Below are positions 8,321 to 19,700 of a stretch of DNA of 64,000 bases, in pieces. The stretch is from the IMG/VR virus record IMGVR_UViG_3300032291_001823, positions 29,516 through 93,515 of that record. One strand, written 5' to 3'. The notes beneath the pieces were generated by a model. The model was not told the DNA's origin. It saw only the letters and a list, made by a program, of their open reading frames with translations, and did no database searches. The DNA is from a virus. Numbering within the stretch: the first letter of the stretch is position 1; each line of letters begins with the position of its first letter. The position numbers were made by a program, and so were the translations under genes.

Positions 8321-11002
8321 ATGAAAGCAAAAATGCTCAAAATTGCTGGTGTTAAGTCTGAAGCTGAGTTCTACAAGAAGTTTCCTACAGAGGAAGCATT
8401 TATGGCTAAGCATGGCAAAGCTTTTAGCAAAGCTCAAAAAGGAATCAAACTGAGTGATCCTGATGTATCATCTGGTTTGAAAAATATTATAGAAGGGTCT
8501 ATTCAACTGAAAGAGGATATAGCTAATGTGAAGAAGGCAAAGCAGTATGGTAAGATTGCTGAACTTGCACAGAAAGCTGTTCGAAAACCAGAGGTTCCCA
8601 GAAGAAGATATATTAGACCAGAAGATACAATGGTTAATCCTATGAATCCTATGGGATCTGGAGCAGACTTCCTTCAGATGGAAATGGGAGGAAATGTTAC
8701 AGAAATTCAAAATATGTACAATCCTGGAGACATTTATTCTGACATGGGATATGAGCCTCTTGATGATAGTAATATAAAACAATACGATGATGGAGGAAAA
8801 CTTTTTGGATTAAATTCTAAAGAATCTGGTCAACTTGGTGGAGGTCTTGGAAGTCTTATTGGTGGTGGATCAGGAAGACCTTCTGGAGCAAGTCAAGTTG
8901 GAAGTGGCGTGGGTAGCATAGCAGGAATGGCAATTGGTGGTCCTCTTGGAGCAGCAATAGGTAGTGCTCTTGGAGGAGCAGTTGGAGGACTTATTGGAGG
9001 CGGTCAAGAAAAGAAAATAAAAGAACAAGAAAAGAAAATAGGAAACCTTGCTTTTCAAAGTGGTGTTGTAGGATTGCAAGATTCAATGTCAGCATACATG
9101 AAGAATGGTGGTTGGGTTTCTAATGATTGGCAACCACAAGTGATTGCAAAGTTTGGAGAGTATGACGTTAAAGATTTGCTGAAAGCTCCAAATGATGCAG
9201 ACATGCTTAGGTCTGGTGGTCATCTTAAAGACTACACAGCTCCTAGTGCAAGAGCTATGTCTACAGAAAGACCTGATTTTCAAATGGGTGGAGAGCTTCA
9301 AACTTATTGGGGTGGATATGCAGAACCTATTTCTCAAAATCCTTATTTACCTGATGGTGGTGAAACTGTAATGTTTAGAGGACAGTCTCACGATGAATCT
9401 GATGGACAAGGAAGAACAGGAATTGGAATCACCTATGGTGACAATCCTGTAGAAGTTGAAAGGGGTGAACCTGCTGTAAAACTTAGAGATGGAGGTAGTA
9501 ATGAAGAAAACCTTGTTGTATTTGGTAATATGAAGATTCCTTCCTACGGAGTTAGTGAGTTGGATGATCCTAAAGCAAAAGGTATGAAGTTTAAAACATA
9601 TACAGCAGGCTTGAGTAAAATTGAAAACAAAGCAAATAAAACAACTGACAAGGCTTTGAAACTTTTAGAAGATACTGACACAGATAGTGCTTTTGATCTT
9701 CTGTCAATTTCTACAGCTAAAGCAATGTTAAAAGGATCTGACATGAAACTTAAAGATGCAGCTATGAAAAAACAAACAGCTGCTAGTATACAAAGTGCAA
9801 TATTAGATACAGCAGAAGAAATGGGAGTTGAAAGTGATTCTCTTTCTAGAGGAAAAATCAAATCTGCTAAATCTGGAGGTAAGTTTACATCTGCTCAGGT
9901 GGGAATTAATCAACCTTTGACACCAATCCCTCCTGTAAATACATATTATCAAATTCCAGTTAGAGAAAATCAACTTCTTAAAACAACTGCTGCTGTACAA
10001 GAGTTGGTTAAACAACAGCAACAACAACAAGTAAAAAAAGCTGCACCAAAATCTAAAGTTACAAAAGCTCCTGCTATATCAGCTCCTATAAAAGATAGAC
10101 TTTTTGCACCAGTAGCACCTATAAAAAGAGACATACCAAAACTTCCAGCTATTAGTTCTACTATTGATCCAGAAATTTCAAAACGTGTAATTTCTGATTT
10201 AGAAAATCTTAAATTATCTAAACCAGGTGAGCCAGAAGATGAGTTTGATATGTCAGATTTTCTACAAATGGTAAACCCTTATTTAAGACCTGGTATACAA
10301 AATCGTTTAGACCCAGGTCAACTTGCTCCAGAGATGTTTGCTCTTTCAGCAAATCAACTTGAGCCAGTACAAGCCCAACTCTACACACCTCTTCTTGAGG
10401 AAGTAAGTAGAATCTCTTTACAAGACCAGCTTAATGAAATACAAGCTGAGGCAAATGCTGCTAGAAGAATGGTTGGTGGTAATCCAGCAGCTCAAGCAGC
10501 TATAGCAGCTCAAGCAGCATCTGCTAAGAACAAAGTGCTTGGTGAACAATTTAGAGTTAATCAAGCAATGGAAATGGAGTCTCGTAGAAGAAACTTAGCT
10601 ACATTGAATGATGCCACTCTTAAGAACCTTGGTATTCTTGATCAACAATATCAAAGGCAGTCTCAGGCTAAATCTGCTACAAAAGCACAAGCATTCACTG
10701 CTCTTAGTTCAATTGCTGATAAGATTGCAAAGAATAAAGCTGAAACTCTGAGCACAAATGTAATGGCAAACATGTATCCACAATACACGTTTGGTCCTAA
10801 TGGTAGAGTGTTTAACACTGGTTTGACAGAATTTAATATTCCTCAAGTTGGTGCCACATCAACCACAAAAGATAGTAAAGGAAATGATCTTATTCCTATA
10901 TATGGAAAAGACAATAATATTACAGGATATAGGGTGAAAGAGGATCCTAAGCCTAAAAAAGGAAGAAACGGTTCTATCGTAAAAGCAATAAAAAATCTAT
11001 AA
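8321..11002 (+). CDS. putative cargo/ejection protein with glycine-zipper membrane segment
   Basis: The likely start is ATG 8321, just after the upstream stop (ORF track starts at 8294). Contains GSGVGSIAGMAIGGPLGAAIGSALGGAVGGLIGG, the G.SH..G..VEVERGE motif, xxxGG motifs and an Ala/Gln-rich helical C-terminus. Confidence 0.65.
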   Translation: MKAKMLKIAGVKSEAEFYKKFPTEEAFMAKHGKAFSKAQKGIKLSDPDVSSGLKNIIEGSIQLKEDIANVKKAKQYGKIAELAQKAVRKPEVPRRRYIRPEDTMVNPMNPMGSGADFLQMEMGGNVTEIQNMYNPGDIYSDMGYEPLDDSNIKQYDDGGKLFGLNSKESGQLGGGLGSLIGGGSGRPSGASQVGSGVGSIAGMAIGGPLGAAIGSALGGAVGGLIGGGQEKKIKEQEKKIGNLAFQSGVVGLQDSMSAYMKNGGWVSNDWQPQVIAKFGEYDVKDLLKAPNDADMLRSGGHLKDYTAPSARAMSTERPDFQMGGELQTYWGGYAEPISQNPYLPDGGETVMFRGQSHDESDGQGRTGIGITYGDNPVEVERGEPAVKLRDGGSNEENLVVFGNMKIPSYGVSELDDPKAKGMKFKTYTAGLSKIENKANKTTDKALKLLEDTDTDSAFDLLSISTAKAMLKGSDMKLKDAAMKKQTAASIQSAILDTAEEMGVESDSLSRGKIKSAKSGGKFTSAQVGINQPLTPIPPVNTYYQIPVRENQLLKTTAAVQELVKQQQQQQVKKAAPKSKVTKAPAISAPIKDRLFAPVAPIKRDIPKLPAISSTIDPEISKRVISDLENLKLSKPGEPEDEFDMSDFLQMVNPYLRPGIQNRLDPGQLAPEMFALSANQLEPVQAQLYTPLLEEVSRISLQDQLNEIQAEANAARRMVGGNPAAQAAIAAQAASAKNKVLGEQFRVNQAMEMESRRRNLATLNDATLKNLGILDQQYQRQSQAKSATKAQAFTALSSIADKIAKNKAETLSTNVMANMYPQYTFGPNGRVFNTGLTEFNIPQVGATSTTKDSKGNDLIPIYGKDNNITGYRVKEDPKPKKGRNGSIVKAIKNL

Positions 11003-11044
11003 CTGATTCAGTTATACCAACTTACCAAGTTTCGTTATGATGTC

Positions 11045-11075
11045 TTGGTTATTATAATATATTAAATTACATTTG
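11045..11075 (+). promoter_or_regulatory. Bacteroidota-type sigma70 promoter
   Basis: TTG (11045-47), 20-nt spacer, TACATTTG (11068-75), 15 nt upstream of ATG 11091. Confidence 0.75.
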
Positions 11076-11090
11076 CTAACTTAACATATC

Positions 11091-13733
11091 ATGGCTTCAT
11101 TTACTGACCAAATAATGCAATTTAACCCATACGTTCAGCAATTGCCTGTTGAGGCAATGGCTAAAGTGGGTATGTATAAACAACAGAAGTATGAAGAAGG
11201 GGTACAGAAAATCCAAAGCTATATAGATAATGTGGCTGGATTGGATGTTGTTAAACCATTACATAAACAATATCTTCAATCCAAGCTTGATGAGCTTGGA
11301 GGAAAACTGAAGAGCGTAGCTGCTGGAGACTTCTCAAACTTCCAATTAGTTAACTCTGTAGGAGGAATGGCTACACAAATTGCAAAAGACCCCACAGTAC
11401 AAAATGCAGTAGCATCAACTCAATATGTAAGAAAAGGACAGCAAGATATGGAGACTGCTAGAAAAGCAGGTAAATCTTCTGTACAAAACGAAGCATGGTT
11501 TAATAATAAAATAAACGGATGGTTAAATAACAATGACATAAATGCTTCTTTTTCGGACTATTATGTTGAATATACAGATATTGAAAAGAAGCTTAGGGAT
11601 GTTGCAAAAGATGTCCACGAATACGATCGATCTATAGAAATGCCTTTCCAAAGAGATAATGGTGGCAATATTTTATATTTTGATAAAAATGGTAATGTTA
11701 CAACTCCAGACAAAGGGCAGAGTAGGATTGATGAAGTGCTGCTAAAAACTAAAGTTAAAGGGAAATCTGCTCAAAAGATTCTTGATAACTTTTACAGTAG
11801 TATTGATGAGAATGATAAAAGACAATTGAATATTGACGGTTGGTATCATTATAGAGGATACACTGGAGACTCGTTTAAACAAAAAATAACAAGTGATATA
11901 ACTTCTTCATACAATATGAAGAAAGACATACTATCAAAAGAAATTGTCAAGATATCAACAGAGCTCTCTGGAAATTCTAAGCTTACAAAGGAACAAAGAA
12001 ATGCTCTTACAGCAAAGATGAACGAGTATACAGATCTTGTAAACAAAGGTGGAATAGATAAAGAGCTTAGTGAGAAACTTAGTGATATTGGTAGAATTAG
12101 CGATGATGAACTTAAGGGTTCAGTTTACATGGAAAAAACATTAAATAAACTGGCCACTGATATTTCCTACCAAGATATAGAAACAGAATATAAAGACAAC
12201 CCTTACTTCAATGCATTGATGAAGAAGAAGGATTTAGCATTTAAATATTCAGAAGCTGTTAGAGACCAGAAGAATAAAGATAGAGATTACGGGTTAAGTC
12301 TAGAAAGACTTAATATAGAAAAATTCAAGTTAACAAAAGATGCTGCTGGTAAAGATATTATATTCGAAAACTTAGGAACATCTACAGATAAAACTCTTCC
12401 TACACTTGGGGATTTGCAAAATGGCATCACTGGTCTTGATGACGAAATGCAAAAGTTTAAACGAGAGAACGCTCCTTTTGTTATTTCAGGATATAACGAG
12501 ATGAATGATGTTCAGAAAAGAGAGGCAATGAATAGCCTAGTTGATCAATACCTAGCAAACCCATCAAGCATCACTGATAATAACAAAAGAAAAATTCTTG
12601 ATCAGTGGATTGGTATGCAAACTGATATGACTAGGAGAATGAGCAATTATGTAAACATTACACAAAAGGCAAAACCTTTTGACGACGCAATTAATAATAT
12701 TGCAGACTCTCTTCCTGGATATGTAAAAAATGGTACACAAATATATAGTGCTAAAGAAATCAGAAGTATAACTAGTGATATTAATAGATTTACTTCTTCT
12801 TTACAATTAAACAAATTTGGAGTTCCTATTGGAGGTGGGGTGACAGATTGGGGTAAAATGAAACAAGCATACGCTAATTCAAAATATCTTCCAATAATTA
12901 ATGTTATTGAGAAAAGACAAAAAAGTGGATTGGCATCATTAGTTGGTGAAGAAATGGAGATTGCAAAAACACTTGATAATATTCGTAGTCAAGTTAGAGA
13001 GAAATCAGCTAAGATTTCAAAAGATAAAGATAATTTTATTAATACAGAACTTGGAAAAATAATGCCTCAGTATCAAGATGAAGTTGGTACATTGGATAAA
13101 GAAGATAAGGTTACAATGGGAAAAGTTGATAATCTTATTGGTAACATGTATGGGATAGCAAGTCAACTTGGTGGAAAGATTGATTCTGAAAAGTTTGACC
13201 CTGCCACCATAACAGCATGGAGAACAGGTAAGCAAGCTAGTGATTTAAAATATGTTGTAAAGAGAAAAGCTGATATGTCTCAAGGAACTCTTCAAATATT
13301 TAATGGAAACGAAGTTCAAGAGATTCCACTTAACTCTAAACAACTAGGTAGATATTTTCCACAAGCAGCTAAAGGACATCCTCTAGATAGTGCGAAATAT
13401 ATGGTAATGAGTTCTCCTACAAAAACAACAAACGCAGCTGGAGTAGTTGATGGTGGACCATCTGGAGCATTAAATGCTGCATTTACAGGAGATCAGCTTC
13501 CGCTATTGGCAGGAAGTAAATATTCAAGTTTGGTAAGATTTGACATTGAAGGCGCTTCTGACAACGATGGTGGAGACGACGATCTATACCAAATTAGAAT
13601 GTATGTAAATGATAATGGTATTTGGAAAGATGATGTTGTGAACAAAGAGGGCTTTGCAAAATTAGATGGTGTATTTGCAATTATGCAAAACATTGGTACA
13701 AAGAAATATCAAGAAATAAAAGATAGCAAATAA
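11091..13733 (+). CDS. crAss-like cargo/ejection protein
   Basis: 880-aa helical protein immediately upstream of the virion RNAP gene and coupled to it by a TAATG overlap. Confidence 0.6.
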   Translation: MASFTDQIMQFNPYVQQLPVEAMAKVGMYKQQKYEEGVQKIQSYIDNVAGLDVVKPLHKQYLQSKLDELGGKLKSVAAGDFSNFQLVNSVGGMATQIAKDPTVQNAVASTQYVRKGQQDMETARKAGKSSVQNEAWFNNKINGWLNNNDINASFSDYYVEYTDIEKKLRDVAKDVHEYDRSIEMPFQRDNGGNILYFDKNGNVTTPDKGQSRIDEVLLKTKVKGKSAQKILDNFYSSIDENDKRQLNIDGWYHYRGYTGDSFKQKITSDITSSYNMKKDILSKEIVKISTELSGNSKLTKEQRNALTAKMNEYTDLVNKGGIDKELSEKLSDIGRISDDELKGSVYMEKTLNKLATDISYQDIETEYKDNPYFNALMKKKDLAFKYSEAVRDQKNKDRDYGLSLERLNIEKFKLTKDAAGKDIIFENLGTSTDKTLPTLGDLQNGITGLDDEMQKFKRENAPFVISGYNEMNDVQKREAMNSLVDQYLANPSSITDNNKRKILDQWIGMQTDMTRRMSNYVNITQKAKPFDDAINNIADSLPGYVKNGTQIYSAKEIRSITSDINRFTSSLQLNKFGVPIGGGVTDWGKMKQAYANSKYLPIINVIEKRQKSGLASLVGEEMEIAKTLDNIRSQVREKSAKISKDKDNFINTELGKIMPQYQDEVGTLDKEDKVTMGKVDNLIGNMYGIASQLGGKIDSEKFDPATITAWRTGKQASDLKYVVKRKADMSQGTLQIFNGNEVQEIPLNSKQLGRYFPQAAKGHPLDSAKYMVMSSPTKTTNAAGVVDGGPSGALNAAFTGDQLPLLAGSKYSSLVRFDIEGASDNDGGDDDLYQIRMYVNDNGIWKDDVVNKEGFAKLDGVFAIMQNIGTKKYQEIKDSK

Positions 13734-16700
13734 TGGCAATTTTTAAAGAAGAGTTGATAACAAACACTCCTTTAGAAGGAGATCCTATTCCGCAACTTGC
13801 ATTAGGTACTCCTCAATTAAGTGCTATGCCCACACTTCCAAATATTGAAGTTAGTGGAGGCTCTGTAAATAAATCTATAGAGGGTCTTGACTCTTCTCAA
13901 TTATCAAAGCTTGCAAAACTTCCTGGACAAGGTGGTGGTGCTAATCTTATTCCGTTAAGTGAAGTGGCAGCTAACAAAAGATACAACACTTATGTTAGAG
14001 GGATGGATCTTGAGAATATTTATGGAATGCAACAATCTGCATGGGCACAATTGGGAAATAGTGCTGTGAAAATGGCAGGATTGGCTGCAGGTACATTTGC
14101 TCAAAGTTTTGCTACAATTCCTAATACTATTTCTGCTTTTAAAAATGGTACAGCTGCTTTATCTGGAGGACCAGATAGTTATGAAGCTGCAATAGATGAT
14201 TGGACAAAAAATCTAGAAGACTATTTTCCTAACTACTACACTAGAAAAGAAAAAGAAAATCCATATCTAGCAATAGTTCCTTTCATGCCTGGAAGTGCTA
14301 ATTTCTGGGGTGATAAAATTATTAAGAATCTTGGTTTTACAGCAGGAGCTATTGGTGGAGCTCTTGTACAAGATGCAATTATTGGAGCTGCTACAGAAGG
14401 AATTGGAGCTGCTCCATTGGTGGCATCTCAACTTGGTAAAGCTTCTTTGTGGTTAAATAAACTTTACGCTGGTAGTACAAAAGTAGATAAGGTTTTAGAT
14501 CTTGCAAAAACTGTTGGAAAAACTGAACAACAAATTCTAAACATTAAACGTTTAGGAGAGATTGCTGCTGGAACAAAAGTAACAAACGGATTTAGATATG
14601 GAATGGGCATATATGGCTCTTCTAGAACTGAAGCTGCAATTGAGGCTCGTGATGGATATAGGCAAGTGAAGGATGAGTTGATTAAAGAATATAAAAGTCA
14701 AAATCCTGGAAAAGAACCAATTAGTTCTGATTTAGAAGAAATTGAAAAATATGCAACAGATGCAATGAATACCAGATTTGGTATTAACATGGCACTACTG
14801 ACAGTATCCAATGCTGTTCAGTTTGGAAACTTGTTTAAATCATTTACATCTGCTCAAAAAGGAATTAGCGGACAGCTCACAAGAGATATAGACGAGGTTG
14901 GTAAAATTGGACTTAAGGAAGGATCGCTTGACTTGTTTGAAAGAAAAGGTGCTCAAACACTTTCTGGAAAAATCTGGGAGTCTGTACAACCTAAATTGCC
15001 AAACATTCTGTCAGAAGGTGTATATGAGGAAGGTGGTCAATATGCTGCAGAAAAAGGAACTTATGATTATTTTACAAGAAAGTATAAAAATCTTTCAAAC
15101 CCATTATACAAAGATAACTGGAGCACCACTGTTGAAGCAGTTAATTCTACAGTGAAGGGACTAAAAGATCAATTTGGAACAGACGAAGGATTGGAGAACA
15201 TGATTGTTGGTGCAATCAGCGCAATGATTAGTGGTGGAATAATGTCTAAAATTGATACAGTAAGAGGACAAGGATCTGATGAACGTTTGCAAAGTTCTAT
15301 AAACATTCTCAATCAATATGGTCTCACTGGAGTGTTGAGTAGTAATTTTGAAAACACTTTGAACTCAGCTGGCATTGCTAAAGAGATGGATGAGGCTGTA
15401 AAAGCTAATGACGTCTTTAAATATAAAAATCTTAAGAACGACATGTTCATCAACTTTGTACAATCACGTATTCCTTCAGGAATGCATGAGGTTACAATTG
15501 AACAGTTGAGGATGTTGAAAGATTTGGATAAAGCTGAGTTTGAGAAGTCATTTGGTATGGACTTCAATTCTTCCAATAAGTCCACTGTAAATGAATATGT
15601 AGATTCATTAATTGATGAAGCTAATCAAATTAAGAAGATTAGTGATTCAATTGATTTTACATTCAAGAATCCTTTCAAGAAGATAGACAACCCAACCACT
15701 ACTGAAGAGGGAATTGAAACCTCACGTTTTAATGATTTCAATAAATGGAAAGCAGAGCTTACATTTCTTGCAGCAAAGATTCCACATGTAAATAACAGAT
15801 TAGACTCTATACAACAAAGTGTCAATAGCATTAGTCCTATTGTTACAAATGATTTGCTTTCTCAATTAACAAACAAAGAGTCTCTTAAAGATCTTAGCAC
15901 ATCTTATGAGGAAAAAGCCAATCAGTTAAATAAAACTATTACAGAGTTTACATCTATACAGGATAAGAAAAGAATAAACAATCAGGTTAAGGCATTACGT
16001 ACAGCTTCTGAAAGAATCAATCTTGGTTTGACAAATGGTGTAGATGGTAAATTATTTGATTATCTACTCAACTTTGAGCTCAATAATCAAGACCCAACTG
16101 CTAGCAGACAAGTTGGTCCAGAGAATACCACTGACTTATTCACTTATGGTCATGACATTAATAGGCTCAACTCTCTGAAAGATGATGTGTCTGAATTATA
16201 CGACAATCTCACAGGCGAAAAAGGATTTAACAAATTCATGGACCAAGGAGAGCAGCTTCGTTCTGGTGCTATTCCTGAGGAAGAAGATAAAGAAGAAAAA
16301 GAGATTGTTGTAAAAGAAGGTCCTCAGTTTACAAATAAAGCTGGTGTTAAAGAAACATTTGAAGAGGGTAGAGAATATCAAATTCCTGCAGGAAAGAAAG
16401 CTAAAATTGATAAGATTGCTGATGATAGGTGGCAAGTGACTGCACCTGATGGTAACATCACCTTTTATGAATCTGAGGAAAAAGCAAAAGAACAAGTTGA
16501 TTCTATAAATGAAGAATTTGGTAATCTTCAGAAAGCAAAGGTGATTGCTATCAATCCTGATGGTACACTGAAGGTGGAAGATATAAATGGTGACATATAT
16601 AATGTCGATCCATCCAAGTTTGAGGGGTATGAAAAGGTAGAAACTGAGCAGGAGAAACTGCAGAAGTTTAAACAAGATGTAGAAGAAGATCAAAAAGATA

Positions 16701-19700
16701 TAGAACATACATCTGGAACAATAGCTTCCAAAGAAAATACAGCAAAAACAAAAGCTGAGTTTGATGTAGAGAGTAAGAAGAAAGGAATTGAATGGTTATT
16801 TATATCAACTAGTGGTGCGTCTGAAGACTGGGAATCAGGTAAACTTAGTCCTAGTCAGCAACGTGCTATTACACTTAGGAACAATTACAGAAACCTTCCT
16901 AACAGAAACAACCTCAGAATAATCCTTGTTACACAGAATCAAGAAAACTCTCTTGGTTTATCTGGACTGACAGCAATGTCAATGGCTAACACTGGTGTAG
17001 ATTCTTCTACATACACAGACTTGAATGATGGATTTGTTGGTGCAGTGTATGTTGAACAAGATGGGGCTGATGTATATTTTGTAGATAAGAGTGGTAAGAA
17101 ACTTGGAAAGGTTGGTGATCCTGTGGACATTAATCAAGTGGTATTTGATACAATGCCTACAACAAGTCTTACATGGAGTGATAAAGAAAATAGGTATAGA
17201 GCTGGAGATGAGGATAAGGCACAAGAGTATTCAGATAGGTGGAAAGCAAAACGCAACCAACTGTTTAACACTCCAGAAGGAAAATATGAAATCTATAAGT
17301 TTTCTGTAAGCCCTGGTATTCCAGACATAGCAAACCTTAGCGATAACAACACTGTTGGTGAAACTCTTATTCCTGAAAATGAGATTGTTTACCAAGAAGG
17401 ACTTGTTGTAATCCCTACAACAGGAAATATTCAACACCAAGGACGCAACCTTAAGTTTCCTGATGGTGTTCCTGTTTTCCAATACAGAGATGTATTGACA
17501 TTCCTCAAGACACGTAAGTTCACTAAAGCTGAAGCACGAACTATTTTTGAGGTGATGAAAAAGATGTCTGAAGACATCAAACAAAAACTTGACCAAGGAA
17601 AGAAAATAAAGAGCAACAAGAAGTATACAAGGTTCCTTCAAAATGTTCTTTATTGGAGGAAATCACCAAAGACAGATAAGAATCAGATATTCATTGACTA
17701 TGATACAATGGATTTCTTCTTTGGTGGAAAGAGATATGATTTGACAAACCTTGGTGCAAGTGAGGCTGAAATTATAGATCAGCTTGAGAATCTCTACGCT
17801 AACATCAATAATGACTCTCTTACAAAAAACTTTAGTGAGAAGTTTAATGAATATTATATTGATGAGTCTAAAAATCTTGCAACAAGAACATGGGATAATT
17901 ATCAGTCTTATCTGTTGTCTTCAAAGTATCCAGATGGGTCTAATAGGTCAGTGGTAGACATTCCTTTGACAACTCCTATTCAGAAACCTACAGAGCTTAA
18001 GCCTTTTAATTTCAAACAAAAGTATTCCATTCTTGAGGGAGTGGAACTTCCTTCTATTGAAGTGAAGCCTGTTGTTAAACCAGAAGCTCCTACAGCACCT
18101 GCTCCTTCTGGAAAGAAGATAGGTGATTACACCGTAGATGGTGTAACGCAAAACGTATACCAACTTAAGAACGGTCCTGTTGGATTTACAGCCACTATTA
18201 AGGATGGTGAAGTTTTTGTAGAGGTTGAATCTAATGACACAATAAAGAAAATTACTGATAATAAGGATGCTCTTAACAATACAATAATTCCTTTATTAAA
18301 AGCAGAAAAGAAATTTGATGCTACAGAAAAAGACGAACAGCATGTTCTTGGTTTTGTTTCTCTCAAAATAGCAAACGATTTACAAAAACAATTGAATGCT
18401 TCAGTTGCTCCTACAACAGCAGCTGTATTGCAGCCTGATGTTTCTCCTCTTGCACAAGTGCAAGGAACAGCTAGGACAGAGCCTCTTACAACAGCAGTTT
18501 CTACAGATGCTAAGACTGATATAGAAGAAACTGGAAATCAGTTACAGGTTATTCAAATGATGACTCTTCGTATAAAGTCTTTGTCCAAAGAAGAAAGAGC
18601 TTTGATGGACAAATACTACGATGTACTAAATGCTGAAGGTTTAAGGAATGGAAAAGAGTTGTCTGAACTGTATTATAAAGTTAAAAAAGACGGTAGTAAT
18701 CCTGAGCTAGTAAAGAAGGTAGATGAGTTTCTTTCAGAAGTTAAGAAACTTCAAGCAGCTCCTGCTGTTACAGATGTTAAACCAACTACTCAGTTTACTC
18801 AATCTTTTGGAGCCTTTACTGTCTATGAAGGAAGTGACGGATCATATGATGTACAAGATAATACTGGTGAAGGCATAATAGCTGAGTATGTTAAAACAAA
18901 AGAAGAGGCTATACTCATAGCTAAGCGAGCTGATATAGAGAAAAGAAAACAAGAAGAGATAAAACAAAAAGCTCCATACGTTTTAATAAAAGGAAGCTAT
19001 GAGGGAGAGAATAAGACAATCGGTACATTAACTTTCAAAAGTAATGTAGACAATATATATGCATACGATGAAGGAAGTACAAACATATCTAAAGACGCAC
19101 TAAGAGGTGATAAGAGACTTTCAAAAATAACTAAAGAACAATACGACGCTGCTATAAAAGCACCTGAGTTAATAAAAGAAATTGAGGCTGAATATAATGC
19201 AAAATTAGATGTCTTAGAAGGGATTAAACCTACTGCACCAACAAATTTTGGAGGAACTAAACCACCTCCTAATACAGAATATAGAAGAGTGGGTGCTGAT
19301 GGAATAGAAAGAATTTCTAGTGAAGAGCTTGAGTTGTTCAAAGCTTGGGCTGCTGAAAAGGTTCCTACTATTCCATATACAGTGATGGAGAATGTTCTTA
19401 CAACACATGATGGTGAGAAAGCATGGGGTGCATTTGAAAATGGTGTTGCTAAGTTCTATAGGTCTGCAGCTAGAGGTACAGAATATCATGAAATAGGAGA
19501 AGCTGTATGGAACGGTATGCTTTCTCCTGAAGAGCGTCAGGCTATTCTTGATGAAGAAAGACAAAAGTCTGGTAAGTTTAAAGATAGACAATCAGGAAAA
19601 ACTTATTCCTATGATGATCCAAATGTAACTGACCAGATGCTGAAGGAGAGAATCATGGATGATTTTGCTGAGTTTAGACTTGGTAAACTCCCTGCTCGTT

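Noticed and set aside
10012-10030. Poly-Gln tract (Q6)
   Set aside because: A short, isolated low-complexity linker with no supporting pattern.
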